Of a DNA stretch of 64,000 nucleotides, positions 29,743-38,660 are shown in pieces. Made by a program: the position numbers and the translations under genes. The DNA comes from Gemmatimonadales bacterium (GTDB lineage Bacteria; Gemmatimonadota; Gemmatimonadetes; Gemmatimonadales; GWC2-71-9). The notes beneath the pieces are model-generated. The model had not been told where the DNA came from and did not search any database. It was given only the letters and a program-made list of their open reading frames with translations. How positions within the stretch are numbered: the stretch's first letter is position 1; each line of letters opens with the position of its first letter. Where the stretch lies: assembly GCA_036522875.1 (NCBI GenBank), contig DATDEZ010000102.1, positions 797-64,796 of the forward strand. Direction: 5' to 3'.

Positions 29743-30510
29743 TCAGGCCAGCGCGACGAAGAGTGCCGAGCACAGAAAGACGCCGACGAGCGCGGCGACG
29801 ACCGCGCGGCTGGCCGCGATCGGGATCTCGGTTGACGCGCGGCGCACCGACAGCCCGAAGTAGCTGGGCACGACGCCGACGATCGCGCCGAACGCGAGCG
29901 CCTTGAACACGGTGAGCCAGACGTCGCGGTTGCTCAGCGACTGCAGCACGATTTGGAAGTAGCGCGGTCCCGGCAGCCCGTTGAAGCGCGCGGCGGCGAA
30001 GCCCGCCATGATCGCGACGAGATCGAACAACACGAGCAGCGCGAACACACTCACGAGCGAGCCGAGGAAGCGCGGCAGGACGAGGTACTGCTTGGGATCG
30101 ATGCCGATCGCCTCGAGGGCCCGCACCTCGCCCATCACCTGGTTGGTCGCGAGCTCCGCGGCGATCGCGGTGCCGGAGCGGCCGACGACGACGAGCGCCG
30201 TGAGCAGCGGACCGAGCTCGCGCACGATCGCGACGACGATCAGCGTGCCGATGTAGTCGGTCGCGCCGAAGCGGCCCAGCTCGCGCGTGGCCTGGGAGAT
30301 CACGAGAAACGAGAGAATGCCGGACAGCAGCGTGACGAGACCGACGGCGTTGAGCGCCGTGAAGCGGACCTGCGCGACCGCGATGCGGAACGAGACGGCG
30401 CGGCCGGCCGCGGTGAGCCGGAAGGCCGCGCGCAGGGCGCCAAAGCCGAAGCGCGCCAGCGCTCCCAGGCGGGAGAGCCGGCGCGCCGTCGACTTGCCGA
30501 GTCGCGTGAT
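29743..30510 (-). CDS. MlaE-family ABC transporter permease
   Basis: VAIVRELGPLLTALVVVGRSGTAIAAELATNQVMGEVRALEAIGIDP is the MlaE signature. Homology continues upstream of the first canonical start (GTG 30303) to about 30510. The 5' end is placed at ATC 30510-30508 and is tentative. Confidence 0.7.
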   Translation of the reverse strand: MTRLGKSTARRLSRLGALARFGFGALRAAFRLTAAGRAVSFRIAVAQVRFTALNAVGLVTLLSGILSFLVISQATRELGRFGATDYIGTLIVVAIVRELGPLLTALVVVGRSGTAIAAELATNQVMGEVRALEAIGIDPKQYLVLPRFLGSLVSVFALLVLFDLVAIMAGFAAARFNGLPGPRYFQIVLQSLSNRDVWLTVFKALAFGAIVGVVPSYFGLSVRRASTEIPIAASRAVVAALVGVFLCSALFVALA

Positions 30511-30518
30511 CGGGTTCG

Positions 30519-31232
30519 TTACGACGCCTTGACCCGCTGCAGGCTTTCCTGCGCCTCAGCGTAGTTGGGGAAGATGTCGATCGCGTGCTGGAACATCTCC
30601 GCCGCCTTCGTCTTGTCGCCGCGGTCGGAGTACAGCAGGCCGCGCGAGTAATACGTCAGCGCTTCGGTCGGTACCTGGCGACCCATCCGCTGGTCGGACG
30701 CCTGGCGCTGCAGGGCCGGCAGGCTCACGTCCTTCATCAGCTGTGTCGAGATGTTGCGGATCATGTCGAAGAGATGATCGCGCTGCATCTTGTCGGACTC
30801 GGTCTTCACGATCTCCCCCGTCTCGACGTTCACGAGCCTCACGTCGATGCGGAAGTCGCCGTAGAAATCGATGAAGGTGCCCATGACGGCGTAACGGGCG
30901 CCGACGAGCTTGCCGACGCGCGCGGCCGTCTGCGGATCGACCCGGCCCGCGGTGCCGAGGTTCTGCTCGTCGAGCAGGCGCTGGACTTCCTGGCGCTCCA
31001 CGACGCGCGCCGCGGGATTCTGCGCCAGCTCGGAGATCATCATGCCGGCGATGCCGCGCTCCAAGGCGTCGAAGTCTTCTTTGCCCTGGCCGTAGGAGCC
31101 GCCGTTGTTGAAGGGGAACACGGCGATGCCTGGCCGCGTGTCCTGGGCGCGCTGCTGCGCTCCCAGAAGGGCCGGAACCAGGCTAAAAACCGTCAGCACT
31201 GCACGCGCGCGCATAACTACTCCTCGGGTCAC
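30519..31232 (-). CDS. Secreted CsgG/LpoB-like domain protein with C-terminal TPR
   Basis: Signal peptide (MRARAVLTVFSLVPALLGAQQ). GIAVFPFNN...MISELAQ...VVERQEVQRLLDEQ...GARYAVMGTF resembles CsgG/LpoB-fold modules. TPR at the end (ALTYYSRGLLYSDRGDKTKAAEMFQHAIDIFPNYAEA). ATG 31214 with a GAGGAG SD is an alternative to GTG 31232. Confidence 0.55.
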   Translation of the reverse strand: MTRGVVMRARAVLTVFSLVPALLGAQQRAQDTRPGIAVFPFNNGGSYGQGKEDFDALERGIAGMMISELAQNPAARVVERQEVQRLLDEQNLGTAGRVDPQTAARVGKLVGARYAVMGTFIDFYGDFRIDVRLVNVETGEIVKTESDKMQRDHLFDMIRNISTQLMKDVSLPALQRQASDQRMGRQVPTEALTYYSRGLLYSDRGDKTKAAEMFQHAIDIFPNYAEAQESLQRVKAS

Positions 31233-32107
31233 AGGGTCACCTTCATGCCTTCGCGCGCGGCATCGACGTCGAGCGAGCCGCGCTTCTTCGCGAACTTGCG
31301 GGCATCCGCCAGCAAGTCATCCATCTCCTTGTCGGCGTGCTCGGGCTCGTGATGAAACAGCACGAGCTGCTTCGCGCCGGCATCCTGCGCCAGGGTCACC
31401 GCTTCCTCGTACGTCGAATGTCCCCAGCCGCGGTGCTGCTCCAGCTCCTTCGGCGTATACATCGCGTCGTGAATCAGCAAGTCGACGTCTTTCAAAAACG
31501 CGACGAAATCGTGTCGCCAGTTCTTGCCGACGTCGTATTCGCCGCCGGTGCCCAGCTCATTGTCCGTCACGTAGGCCATACTCGGCCCGCCACCAGTGGC
31601 GGGCGTGAGCCGGAACCCCAGCGTGGTGCCCGGGTGCCGCAGCTTCATCGTCCGCACGCGGAAGGCGCCGATCGAGAAGTCGTCCGCGTGCACCTGCTGC
31701 ACCGTCAGCGATGCCGAGAGCGCGTCGAGCGGCACCGGAAACACTGCGGGGTCCATTTGCTGGCGCAGGATCGCCTCCAGCGACGCGGTCCCTTGCCGTG
31801 ATCCCCAAATGCGCACCGTGTTGCCCGGCGCGAAGAACGGCTTGAAATGCGGCAGCCCCTGAATGTGATCCCAATGGGCATGCGACAGCAGGATTTCGAC
31901 TTTCGCGGCGCCGTTTTGTTTCGCGACCAGATCGAGCCCGAGGGCTCGAATCCCCGTTCCCGCGTCCAGCACCACCAGCTGGCCGCCAGCGCCCTCCACA
32001 GCCACACACGGCGTGTTGCCGCCGTAGCGCGCGGTGGCGGCTCCAGGAGTCGGAATGCTCCCCCGGGTTCCCCAGAAGGTCACCGTGTAGGCCATGCGTG
32101 TCGGCAA
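31229..32107 (-). CDS. MBL-fold metallo-hydrolase
   Basis: HxHxDH motif (LLSHAHWDHIQG), later DNE and HH(E) ligand regions. Substrate not inferable from sequence. Confidence 0.75.
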   Translation of the reverse strand: MPTRMAYTVTFWGTRGSIPTPGAATARYGGNTPCVAVEGAGGQLVVLDAGTGIRALGLDLVAKQNGAAKVEILLSHAHWDHIQGLPHFKPFFAPGNTVRIWGSRQGTASLEAILRQQMDPAVFPVPLDALSASLTVQQVHADDFSIGAFRVRTMKLRHPGTTLGFRLTPATGGGPSMAYVTDNELGTGGEYDVGKNWRHDFVAFLKDVDLLIHDAMYTPKELEQHRGWGHSTYEEAVTLAQDAGAKQLVLFHHEPEHADKEMDDLLADARKFAKKRGSLDVDAAREGMKVTL

Positions 32108-32182
32108 CGAAGCTCGCGCTAAGTTACTGGTAATTAGTGATGTAGAACAAGCTTGGGCCTCACCCGCACGTCGTGACGCGCC

Positions 32183-32860
32183 TCACGCGCCGCCACGTCC
32201 CGCCGCTTGCTCCAAGGCGCCGCGATCTTTGATCACGATGTCCTTGCGACTGACGTCGATCATGCCCTTATCGACGAGCTCGCGCATCGTGCGCGACACG
32301 GTCTCGCGCGAGCTGCCGATCATCTGGGCGATGGTATGGTGGGTCAACCGGCGCGTGATGCGCTGGCCGTCGGTTTCGTCGGCGAGGTCGAGCAGGAGCT
32401 GGGCGACGCGCCCGTGGACGTCGAGCAACACGAGGCTGCCGACTTTTTCGTCCACGCGCCGCAGCCGGCGCGAGAGCTCGCGGAGCAGCGCGAGCGCGAT
32501 GCCGGCCGAGTGCTCGAGGATGCCCTGAAAATCTTCGCGCCGCAGTACGAGCAGCGTCGAGTCCTCCATCGCGATCACGTGCGCGGAGCGCGGCTCATCG
32601 TCGATGAGCGCCATCTCGCCGAAGAACTCGCCTTCGCCGAGCACCGACAGAATCACCTCGCGGCCGTCTTCGCCGATGAGCACGACTTTGACTTGCCCCT
32701 TGGCGACGACGTAGAGCGCGTCACCCGGATCGTCTTCGAACAGGATGACGGAGTTTTTGGGATAGGCACGGTCGCGCGCAACTTCCACCACGCGCTGCAG
32801 ATCGGTGGGGGCGAGCTGGCTGAACAACGGGACCTTCTGCAGCACGTCTGCTGGGGACAC
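32183..32860 (-). CDS. Crp/Fnr-family transcriptional regulator (cNMP-binding domain plus HTH)
   Basis: cNMP-binding beta-roll ([13 protein letters not shown]...RSAHVIA) and C-terminal HTH ([27 protein letters not shown]). Confidence 0.85.
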   Translation of the reverse strand: MSPADVLQKVPLFSQLAPTDLQRVVEVARDRAYPKNSVILFEDDPGDALYVVAKGQVKVVLIGEDGREVILSVLGEGEFFGEMALIDDEPRSAHVIAMEDSTLLVLRREDFQGILEHSAGIALALLRELSRRLRRVDEKVGSLVLLDVHGRVAQLLLDLADETDGQRITRRLTHHTIAQMIGSSRETVSRTMRELVDKGMIDVSRKDIVIKDRGALEQAAGRGGA

Positions 32861-32934
32861 GCCAACACTCTGTTTAGGTCGCGCTCAGCTTACGGCTTCG
32901 GCGGGGCGGTGTCAATTGAACCGAGCCCTGAGCC

Positions 32935-32964
32935 TTGCCCCCAAGTTGGTGCGCCAGCTATATT
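32935..32964 (+). promoter_or_regulatory. Candidate sigma-70-type promoter for rpmE-prfA-prmC (TTGCCC-18 nt-TATATT)
   Basis: Hexamers read directly in the 147-nt divergent intergenic region. AAGGA SD sits 8 nt before GTG 33008. Confidence 0.35.
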
Positions 32965-33007
32965 TCCGCACTTCATTCCGTCCGACTTTCAGGCAAGGAT
33001 ACGAGCA

Positions 33008-33220
33008 GTGAAACCCGGGATTCACCCCAAATACCAGCGGGCCACCGTCCAGTGCGCGTGCGGCAACACGTTCATCACGCGCTCGACCACGCCCGTGATC
33101 CACGTCGAAGTCTGCGCCCAGTGCCATCCGTTCTTCACGGGCAAGCAGAAGCTCATGGACACCGCCGGCCGAGTCGAGCGCTTCCGCCAGAAGTACGGAA
33201 ACAAGGCCGGAGCCAGCTGA
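33008..33220 (+). CDS. rpmE: 50S ribosomal protein L31 (Zn-ribbon, Cys-containing form)
   Basis: [22 protein letters not shown]...[19 protein letters not shown] start. Confidence 0.9.
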   Translation: MKPGIHPKYQRATVQCACGNTFITRSTTPVIHVEVCAQCHPFFTGKQKLMDTAGRVERFRQKYGNKAGAS

Positions 33221-33224
33221 CCCT

Positions 33225-34283
33225 GTGGACGACAGACTCCGCCAAGCGCTCGCGCGGGCGGAGGAGGTCGCCCGGCAGTTGGCCGACCCCGCCACCGCGC
33301 GGAATCCAGCAAAACTGAAGCAGCTCGGCCGCGAGCACGCCCAGCTCGAGGCCATTCGTCTCACCCACCAACGGATGGAGCGCCTCGAAGCCGAGCTCGC
33401 CCAGGCCCGCGAGGTCCTCGGCGACAAGGATCCCGAGCTGTCGCAGCTCGCGCGATCCGACGTCGAGCGGATCGAGCCGCAGATCGAGCGGCTGGAAGAC
33501 GAGCTCGACGAGCTGCTCACGCCCAGCGATCCGTTCGACGACCGTGACGCGATTGTCGAAGTCCGCGCCGGTACCGGCGGCGACGAGGCCGCGCTGTTTG
33601 CCGCCGACCTCTTCCGCATGTACACGCGCTTCTGCGAGCGGCGCGGGTGGAAAGTCGAGATCCTCTCGCTCTCGGAAGGCACACTCGGCGGACTCAAGGA
33701 AGCGGTGTTCGCCGCGCGCGGGCCGAAAGCCTACGGCACGCTCCGCTACGAGTCCGGCGTGCACCGCGTGCAGCGTGTTCCCGTGACTGAGCAGCAGGGA
33801 CGCATCCACACCTCCGCGGCGACGGTCGCCGTTCTGCCGGAAGCCGAAGAAGTCGACCTCAAGATCGAAGACAAAGACCTGCGGATCGACGTGTTTCGCT
33901 CCGGCGGCCCGGGCGGCCAGAGCGTCAACACGACCGACAGCGCGGTCCGCGTCACGCACCTGCCGACCGGCCTCGAAGTGAAATGCCAGGATCAGAAATC
34001 GCAGCTCCAGAACAAGATCAAGGCGCTCGAGATCCTCCGCTCGCGCCTGCTCGATCGGATGGTCGCCGAGCAGGAAGCGGCCCGCGCGCGCGATCGGCGG
34101 GCGCAGGTCGGGACGGGCGACCGCTCGCAGAAGGTGCGGACGTACAACTTTCCGCAAAACCGCGTCACCGACCACCGCATTCATTTCACGACGCACAACA
34201 TCGACGAAGTGATGGACGGCAAGCTCGACGATCTGATCGGCGCGCTGAAAGAGGCGCAGGAAAAGGAGCGCGCCGGTGTCTGA
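33225..34283 (+). CDS. prfA: Peptide chain release factor 1
   Basis: The RF1-type tripeptide region ([15 protein letters not shown]) and GGQ motif ([13 protein letters not shown]). Confidence 0.95.
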   Translation: MDDRLRQALARAEEVARQLADPATARNPAKLKQLGREHAQLEAIRLTHQRMERLEAELAQAREVLGDKDPELSQLARSDVERIEPQIERLEDELDELLTPSDPFDDRDAIVEVRAGTGGDEAALFAADLFRMYTRFCERRGWKVEILSLSEGTLGGLKEAVFAARGPKAYGTLRYESGVHRVQRVPVTEQQGRIHTSAATVAVLPEAEEVDLKIEDKDLRIDVFRSGGPGGQSVNTTDSAVRVTHLPTGLEVKCQDQKSQLQNKIKALEILRSRLLDRMVAEQEAARARDRRAQVGTGDRSQKVRTYNFPQNRVTDHRIHFTTHNIDEVMDGKLDDLIGALKEAQEKERAGV

Positions 34284-35124
34284 GGTCCGCGTATTGCGGC
34301 GCATCACCGACGAGCTCACGAAGGCGTCGGGCACCGGCGACCTGCCCAGCGGCGAGGTCGCCGCGCTGTGGGCGGCCGTCGCCGGCTTGACGCCCGCCGA
34401 GGTCTGGCTCCGGCGCGACGCGGAGGCGGCACCGGACGTCGCGGACCGTTTTTGGAAAGCCGTGGAGCAGCGCTCACGCGGCGTGCCGTTCGCTTACGTC
34501 GCCGGCTCGGTCGGATTCCGCACGCTCGATCTGAAAATCGATCCGCGCGCGCTGATCCCACGGCCGGAGACCGAAGGCCTCGTGGAGCTGGTGCTCGCGC
34601 GCTGCTCGCGCGGTCTCGTTGCCGATGTCGGCACGGGCTCGGGCTGTATCGCGCTGTCGCTCGCGGTCGAGGGCAAATTCGACAAAGTGGTCGCGGTGGA
34701 ACGCTCGGCGCGGGCCGCGGCGCTCGCGCGTGAGAATCTGCAACGCGTGGCGCCGAGGACACCCGTCGAGATTCGCGAAGGGAACCTGCTCGAGCCGCTG
34801 GTGGACAAAGGAGAGCGCTTTCGAGCGATCGTTTCGAATCCACCGTATCTCACCACCGCGGAATTTGACGAGCTCGATGCGTCGGTCCGCGAGTTCGAGC
34901 CACGCGACGCGTTGGTCAGCGGGACGAGCGGCCTGGATGTGACGCGCGGGCTGTTCGCGGGCGCGGTGCGGGTGCTCGAGCCCGGTGGCTTGCTCGCGAT
35001 CGAGATCGATGAGCGGCGGGCGGAGCAGGTCCAAGCGCTCGCGCGCGAATACGGCTGGGCCGTCGAGATTCACGACGATGTGTTCGGGTGTCCCCGTTAT
35101 GCGCTCTCTATAAAGGAGGATTAG
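34276..35124 (+). CDS. prmC: Release-factor glutamine N5-methyltransferase
   Basis: SAM motif ([16 protein letters not shown]) and NPPY (VSNPPYL). Lies directly downstream of prfA. Confidence 0.9.
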   Translation: MSEVRVLRRITDELTKASGTGDLPSGEVAALWAAVAGLTPAEVWLRRDAEAAPDVADRFWKAVEQRSRGVPFAYVAGSVGFRTLDLKIDPRALIPRPETEGLVELVLARCSRGLVADVGTGSGCIALSLAVEGKFDKVVAVERSARAAALARENLQRVAPRTPVEIREGNLLEPLVDKGERFRAIVSNPPYLTTAEFDELDASVREFEPRDALVSGTSGLDVTRGLFAGAVRVLEPGGLLAIEIDERRAEQVQALAREYGWAVEIHDDVFGCPRYALSIKED

Positions 35125-35477
35125 TGCTCGAAGAGAAGGCTGAAGACCTGGGGCGCGTACTCGGTCAGACCGACGAATACAAAGCGTTGCGGCGCGCGAC
35201 GGAGGCGCTCCGCGAGGATCAGGCGGTGCAAAAAGTGCTCGCGGAAGCCGAGCGTCTCGCGCAAGAAATCGAGCGCGTCGCGCAAGAGGGGAAAGAACCG
35301 ACGAAGGAGCAGGTCGAGAAGTACGACCAGGCGCTCCAAAGCGTGCAGGGGAATTCGGTGTATCAGCAGATGGTCGCCGCGCAGGCGAATTTCGAGAAAC
35401 TGATGGCCCGGATTAATGCCCGCATTTACGAAGGCATCAAGAAGGGCGCCGCGAGCCCCATCATTACTCTCGGATGA
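35124..35477 (+). CDS. YlbF/YmcA-family (UPF0342) protein
   Basis: Helical 117-aa protein (LGQTDEYKALRRATEAL...NSVYQQMVAAQANFEKLMARINARI). AAGGAGGA SD directly upstream of GTG 35124. Confidence 0.5.
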   Translation: MLEEKAEDLGRVLGQTDEYKALRRATEALREDQAVQKVLAEAERLAQEIERVAQEGKEPTKEQVEKYDQALQSVQGNSVYQQMVAAQANFEKLMARINARIYEGIKKGAASPIITLG

Positions 35478-36097
35478 CGTTCGTCGTCGTCGAAGGACCG
35501 GAGGGAGCCGGCAAGTCGACGCTGGTGCGCTGGCTCGGCGCGGCGATGCGGGCAGAGGGGCGCGACGTGCTCACCGTGCGGGAGCCGGGCGGTACGCCGA
35601 TCGCCGAGGCGGCCCGGAAGCTGGCCCTGAAGTCGCGTCATGACCGGGCGTGGGGCGCCGAGCTTTTCCTCTTTCTCGCGGCGCGCGCGGACCTGGTCGA
35701 GCGGGTGATCCGGCCGGCGCTGGCGGATGGGCAGATCGTGATCGCCGATCGGTTCGGGCTCTCCACCATCGCCTACCAGGTAGCCGGTCGCGGACTGGAT
35801 CGCGGCGACGTCGAAGCGGCCCTACGCATCGCAACGGGCGGGCTCACGCCGGACCTGACGCTCGTCCTGGACGTCCCGCTCCAGGTGGGCCGCGAGCGCC
35901 AGCGCAACGCCGGCAAGGTTAAAGACCGCATCGAGCGGGAAGATGACACGTTTCACACACGGGTCCGTGACGCGTACCGTAGCGCATCCGGGCCCGGGAT
36001 TGTCCATATTGATGCCAGTCAGACCAAGAAGGCCGTCCAGGACGCCGCCTGGCGGGAAGTCGCGGCGGCAACGGCTCTATCACTGAGGGGCGCATAA
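35474..36097 (+). CDS. tmk: dTMP (thymidylate) kinase
   Basis: P-loop FVVVEGPEGAGKST, DRF/LID region (ADRFGLSTIAYQ). ATGA overlap. Confidence 0.9.
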   Translation: MTFVVVEGPEGAGKSTLVRWLGAAMRAEGRDVLTVREPGGTPIAEAARKLALKSRHDRAWGAELFLFLAARADLVERVIRPALADGQIVIADRFGLSTIAYQVAGRGLDRGDVEAALRIATGGLTPDLTLVLDVPLQVGRERQRNAGKVKDRIEREDDTFHTRVRDAYRSASGPGIVHIDASQTKKAVQDAAWREVAAATALSLRGA

Positions 36098-37722
36098 TGA
36101 TTCGGCATAAATGGTCCGTGGTCGCTGTCGTCGGTTTGGCCGCGCTCGCGAGCGGCGGTTGGTTCCTGCAGCGGCAGACGGAGCCGGAAGGCTCGGTCTA
36201 CCAGCAGGCGCGGCTGTTCGACGACGTGCTGGCGCACGTGGCCGACTACTACGTCGATTCGCTGGACGAGCGGCAGCTCTATCAGATGGCGATCGACGGC
36301 ATGCTCGACCAACTGCACGACCCCTACTCGGTTTTCTTGAAGCCCGAAGATTTCCGCCAGCTTTCCGAGGCCACGACGGGCAACTACTCGGGGCTCGGGA
36401 TTCAGATCGACGTGCGGGGCGGTTGGATCACCGTGGTCGCGCCGCTACCCGAGACGCCGGCGGAGCGCGCCGGCATTCAGACCGGCGATCTCATCGTCTC
36501 CCTCAATGGGCAGTCGACCGAAGGCTGGAAGCAGGACTCGGCCGTCAAGGCGCTGCGCGGCCCCGCGGGCACGACCGCCGAGCTGCAGATTCGCCGGGCG
36601 GGCATCGACAAGCCGATCACGTTCAAGCTGACGCGCGCGACGATTCACATTCGCTCCGTCCAGATTGCGATGATGCTGGACGACCGTGTCGGCTACATCT
36701 CGATGAATCCCGTCAGCGAAAACTCGACGCAGGAAGTCTCCGCGGCGATCGACACGCTGCAGAAGCAAGGCATGCGGTCGCTGATCTTCGACTTGCGCAA
36801 CAATCCCGGCGGACTGCTCGATCAGGGCGTCGCCGTTTCGGATCTGTTCCTCGATCCCGGCAAAGAGATCGTCGCGACGCGCGGCCGCGCACCCGGCTCG
36901 TCGCATGAGTTCGACGATTCCAAGCCCCAGCAGTGGCCCCGGCTTCCCATCGTCGTGATCGTGAACGGCGGGACGGCCAGCGCCGCGGAGATCATTTCCG
37001 GCGCATTGCAGGATCATGACCGGGCCCTCGTCGTCGGCACGCCGACGTTCGGCAAAGGTCTCGTGCAGTCGTTCTGGCGGCTGACGCCCGAGACCGGCCT
37101 GAAGCTGACGACCGCCCGCTGGTATACGCCGAGCGGCCGCACGATTCAGCGCGTCACGCACAGCGAGGCTGAGCAGGAGGCGCAGGTCATCGCGGCGCAG
37201 CGTGCCCTGGACAGCGCCAAGATCGATTCGTCGGCGGTCTTCCACACCGACGCCGGCCGCACGATTTACGGCGGCGGCGGCATCAAGCCCGACGTCTTCA
37301 TCGTGGCCGACACGTTCACGACCGCGGAGCGCACGTTCATTCGCGCGCTGGGCGACAAGATTCCGCTGTACCGGGACGCGATCGCGACCTATGCGCTCGA
37401 GCTGAAGGAGAGCAAGAGGCTCACGTCGCCGAACTTCGTCGTGACGGACGCCATGGTCGACGAGATCGTCCGGCGCGTGCGCGCGAAGGGCGCGACGCTG
37501 CCCGATTCGGCCATCGCCGGCGCTCGCACGCTGATCAACCAGGAGCTCGGCTACGAGGCCGCGCGCTATTCGTTCGGGCGCCCGGCGGAATTCCGCCGTC
37601 GCATGGCGGACGACCAGCAGGTGAAGCGCGCGCTGGCGCTCGCCGACAAGGCGAAGTCGCCGCAGGATCTGCTCACGCTCGCCGCCACGCCGGCGTCCTC
37701 GGCGCCCGTGCGGAATCGGTGA
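36097..37722 (+). CDS. S41-family C-terminal processing peptidase with PDZ domain
   Basis: PDZ (GDLIVSLNG), catalytic region (VIVNGGTASAAEIISGALQDHDRALVVGTPTFGKGLVQ). Confidence 0.9.
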   Translation: MIRHKWSVVAVVGLAALASGGWFLQRQTEPEGSVYQQARLFDDVLAHVADYYVDSLDERQLYQMAIDGMLDQLHDPYSVFLKPEDFRQLSEATTGNYSGLGIQIDVRGGWITVVAPLPETPAERAGIQTGDLIVSLNGQSTEGWKQDSAVKALRGPAGTTAELQIRRAGIDKPITFKLTRATIHIRSVQIAMMLDDRVGYISMNPVSENSTQEVSAAIDTLQKQGMRSLIFDLRNNPGGLLDQGVAVSDLFLDPGKEIVATRGRAPGSSHEFDDSKPQQWPRLPIVVIVNGGTASAAEIISGALQDHDRALVVGTPTFGKGLVQSFWRLTPETGLKLTTARWYTPSGRTIQRVTHSEAEQEAQVIAAQRALDSAKIDSSAVFHTDAGRTIYGGGGIKPDVFIVADTFTTAERTFIRALGDKIPLYRDAIATYALELKESKRLTSPNFVVTDAMVDEIVRRVRAKGATLPDSAIAGARTLINQELGYEAARYSFGRPAEFRRRMADDQQVKRALALADKAKSPQDLLTLAATPASSAPVRNR

Positions 37723-38660
37723 GTTCCCAGGCTTCCCGCGCGATCGGGCTCATCGGGCCCGGTCGCGCGGGAGTCGGACTCGCGCTCGCGCTGGCGCAGG
37801 CAGGCTACAGCGTCTGCCTGCACGGGCGAAAGAAGAAAGTCGTACCGCCGCCGCTGACGCTGACCGTCGGCAATGGCGCCCCCGCCTGGATCAACACCGT
37901 CGATACCGTCATCCTCACCGTGCGCGACGACGGCATCAAACCACTCGCATCATCGCTGGCCGCCTCCGGCGCCATCACCGCCAAACACGTCGTGCTCCAC
38001 CTGTCCGGGGTCCAGGGTCAGGAAGCGCTCGGCCCGCTCGTCTCGACACAGGCGGCGCTGGGGTCGTTCCATCCGCTGCAGACGATTGTCGAGCCCGAGC
38101 TGACGCCGGCGCGGCTCAAAGGCGCGTGGGCGGCGGTGGAGGGCATGCCGCGCGCCGTAGAAGCCGGCGAGCAGATCGCCCGGGATCTCGGCATGCGGCC
38201 GTTCCGCATCGCCACGAAGTCCAAGCCGGTCTATCATGCCGGCGCGGTCTTCGCGTCGAATTATCTGGTGGTGGTCGAGGCCGTGGCGCAGCGTCTGCTC
38301 CGCCACGCGGGCCTGTCGGACGCCGACGCGTGGGCGGCGCTGCGGCCGCTCGTCGAAGGGACGCTCGAGAACCTGGCGCGCCACGAGCCGCGGGAAGCGT
38401 TGACGGGCCCGATCATGCGCGGCGACACGGCGACGATCCTCCGCCACCTCGAGTCGCTCGCGCTCGACGATCAGAAGCTGTACCGCGCGCTCGGACGTGT
38501 GGCGCTCGAGCTCGCGCAAAAGCAGGGAATGAGTGAGGAGACGGCGGGAAAGGTGGCGGCGGCGCTCGCTACTGATCTACCACCCGTAATGCGCCCGTCG
38601 GGGAAAACCGGAATTCGCGGGCGGCAATCGGGTGATTCACGCCGAGGTTCCGCAGAATGA
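37719..38660 (+). CDS. Rossmann-fold NAD(P)-binding protein with DUF2520-like C-terminal domain
   Basis: IGLIGPGRAGVGLALALAQAGY dinucleotide fold, ...HAGAVFASNYLV... The last 30 or so codons are an R/G/S-rich tail that overlaps the convergent LolA-like gene. Confidence 0.55.
   Translation: MSSQASRAIGLIGPGRAGVGLALALAQAGYSVCLHGRKKKVVPPPLTLTVGNGAPAWINTVDTVILTVRDDGIKPLASSLAASGAITAKHVVLHLSGVQGQEALGPLVSTQAALGSFHPLQTIVEPELTPARLKGAWAAVEGMPRAVEAGEQIARDLGMRPFRIATKSKPVYHAGAVFASNYLVVVEAVAQRLLRHAGLSDADAWAALRPLVEGTLENLARHEPREALTGPIMRGDTATILRHLESLALDDQKLYRALGRVALELAQKQGMSEETAGKVAAALATDLPPVMRPSGKTGIRGRQSGDSRRGSAE

Noticed and set aside
32108-32182. Possible Crp/FNR operator in the AT-richer gap between the Crp gene and the MBL gene
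   Set aside because: Only a 4-bp-arm palindrome (TTAC-TG-GTAA) and a partial GTGAT...AACA are present. Nothing approaches TGTGA-N6-TCACA or TTGAT-N4-ATCAA.
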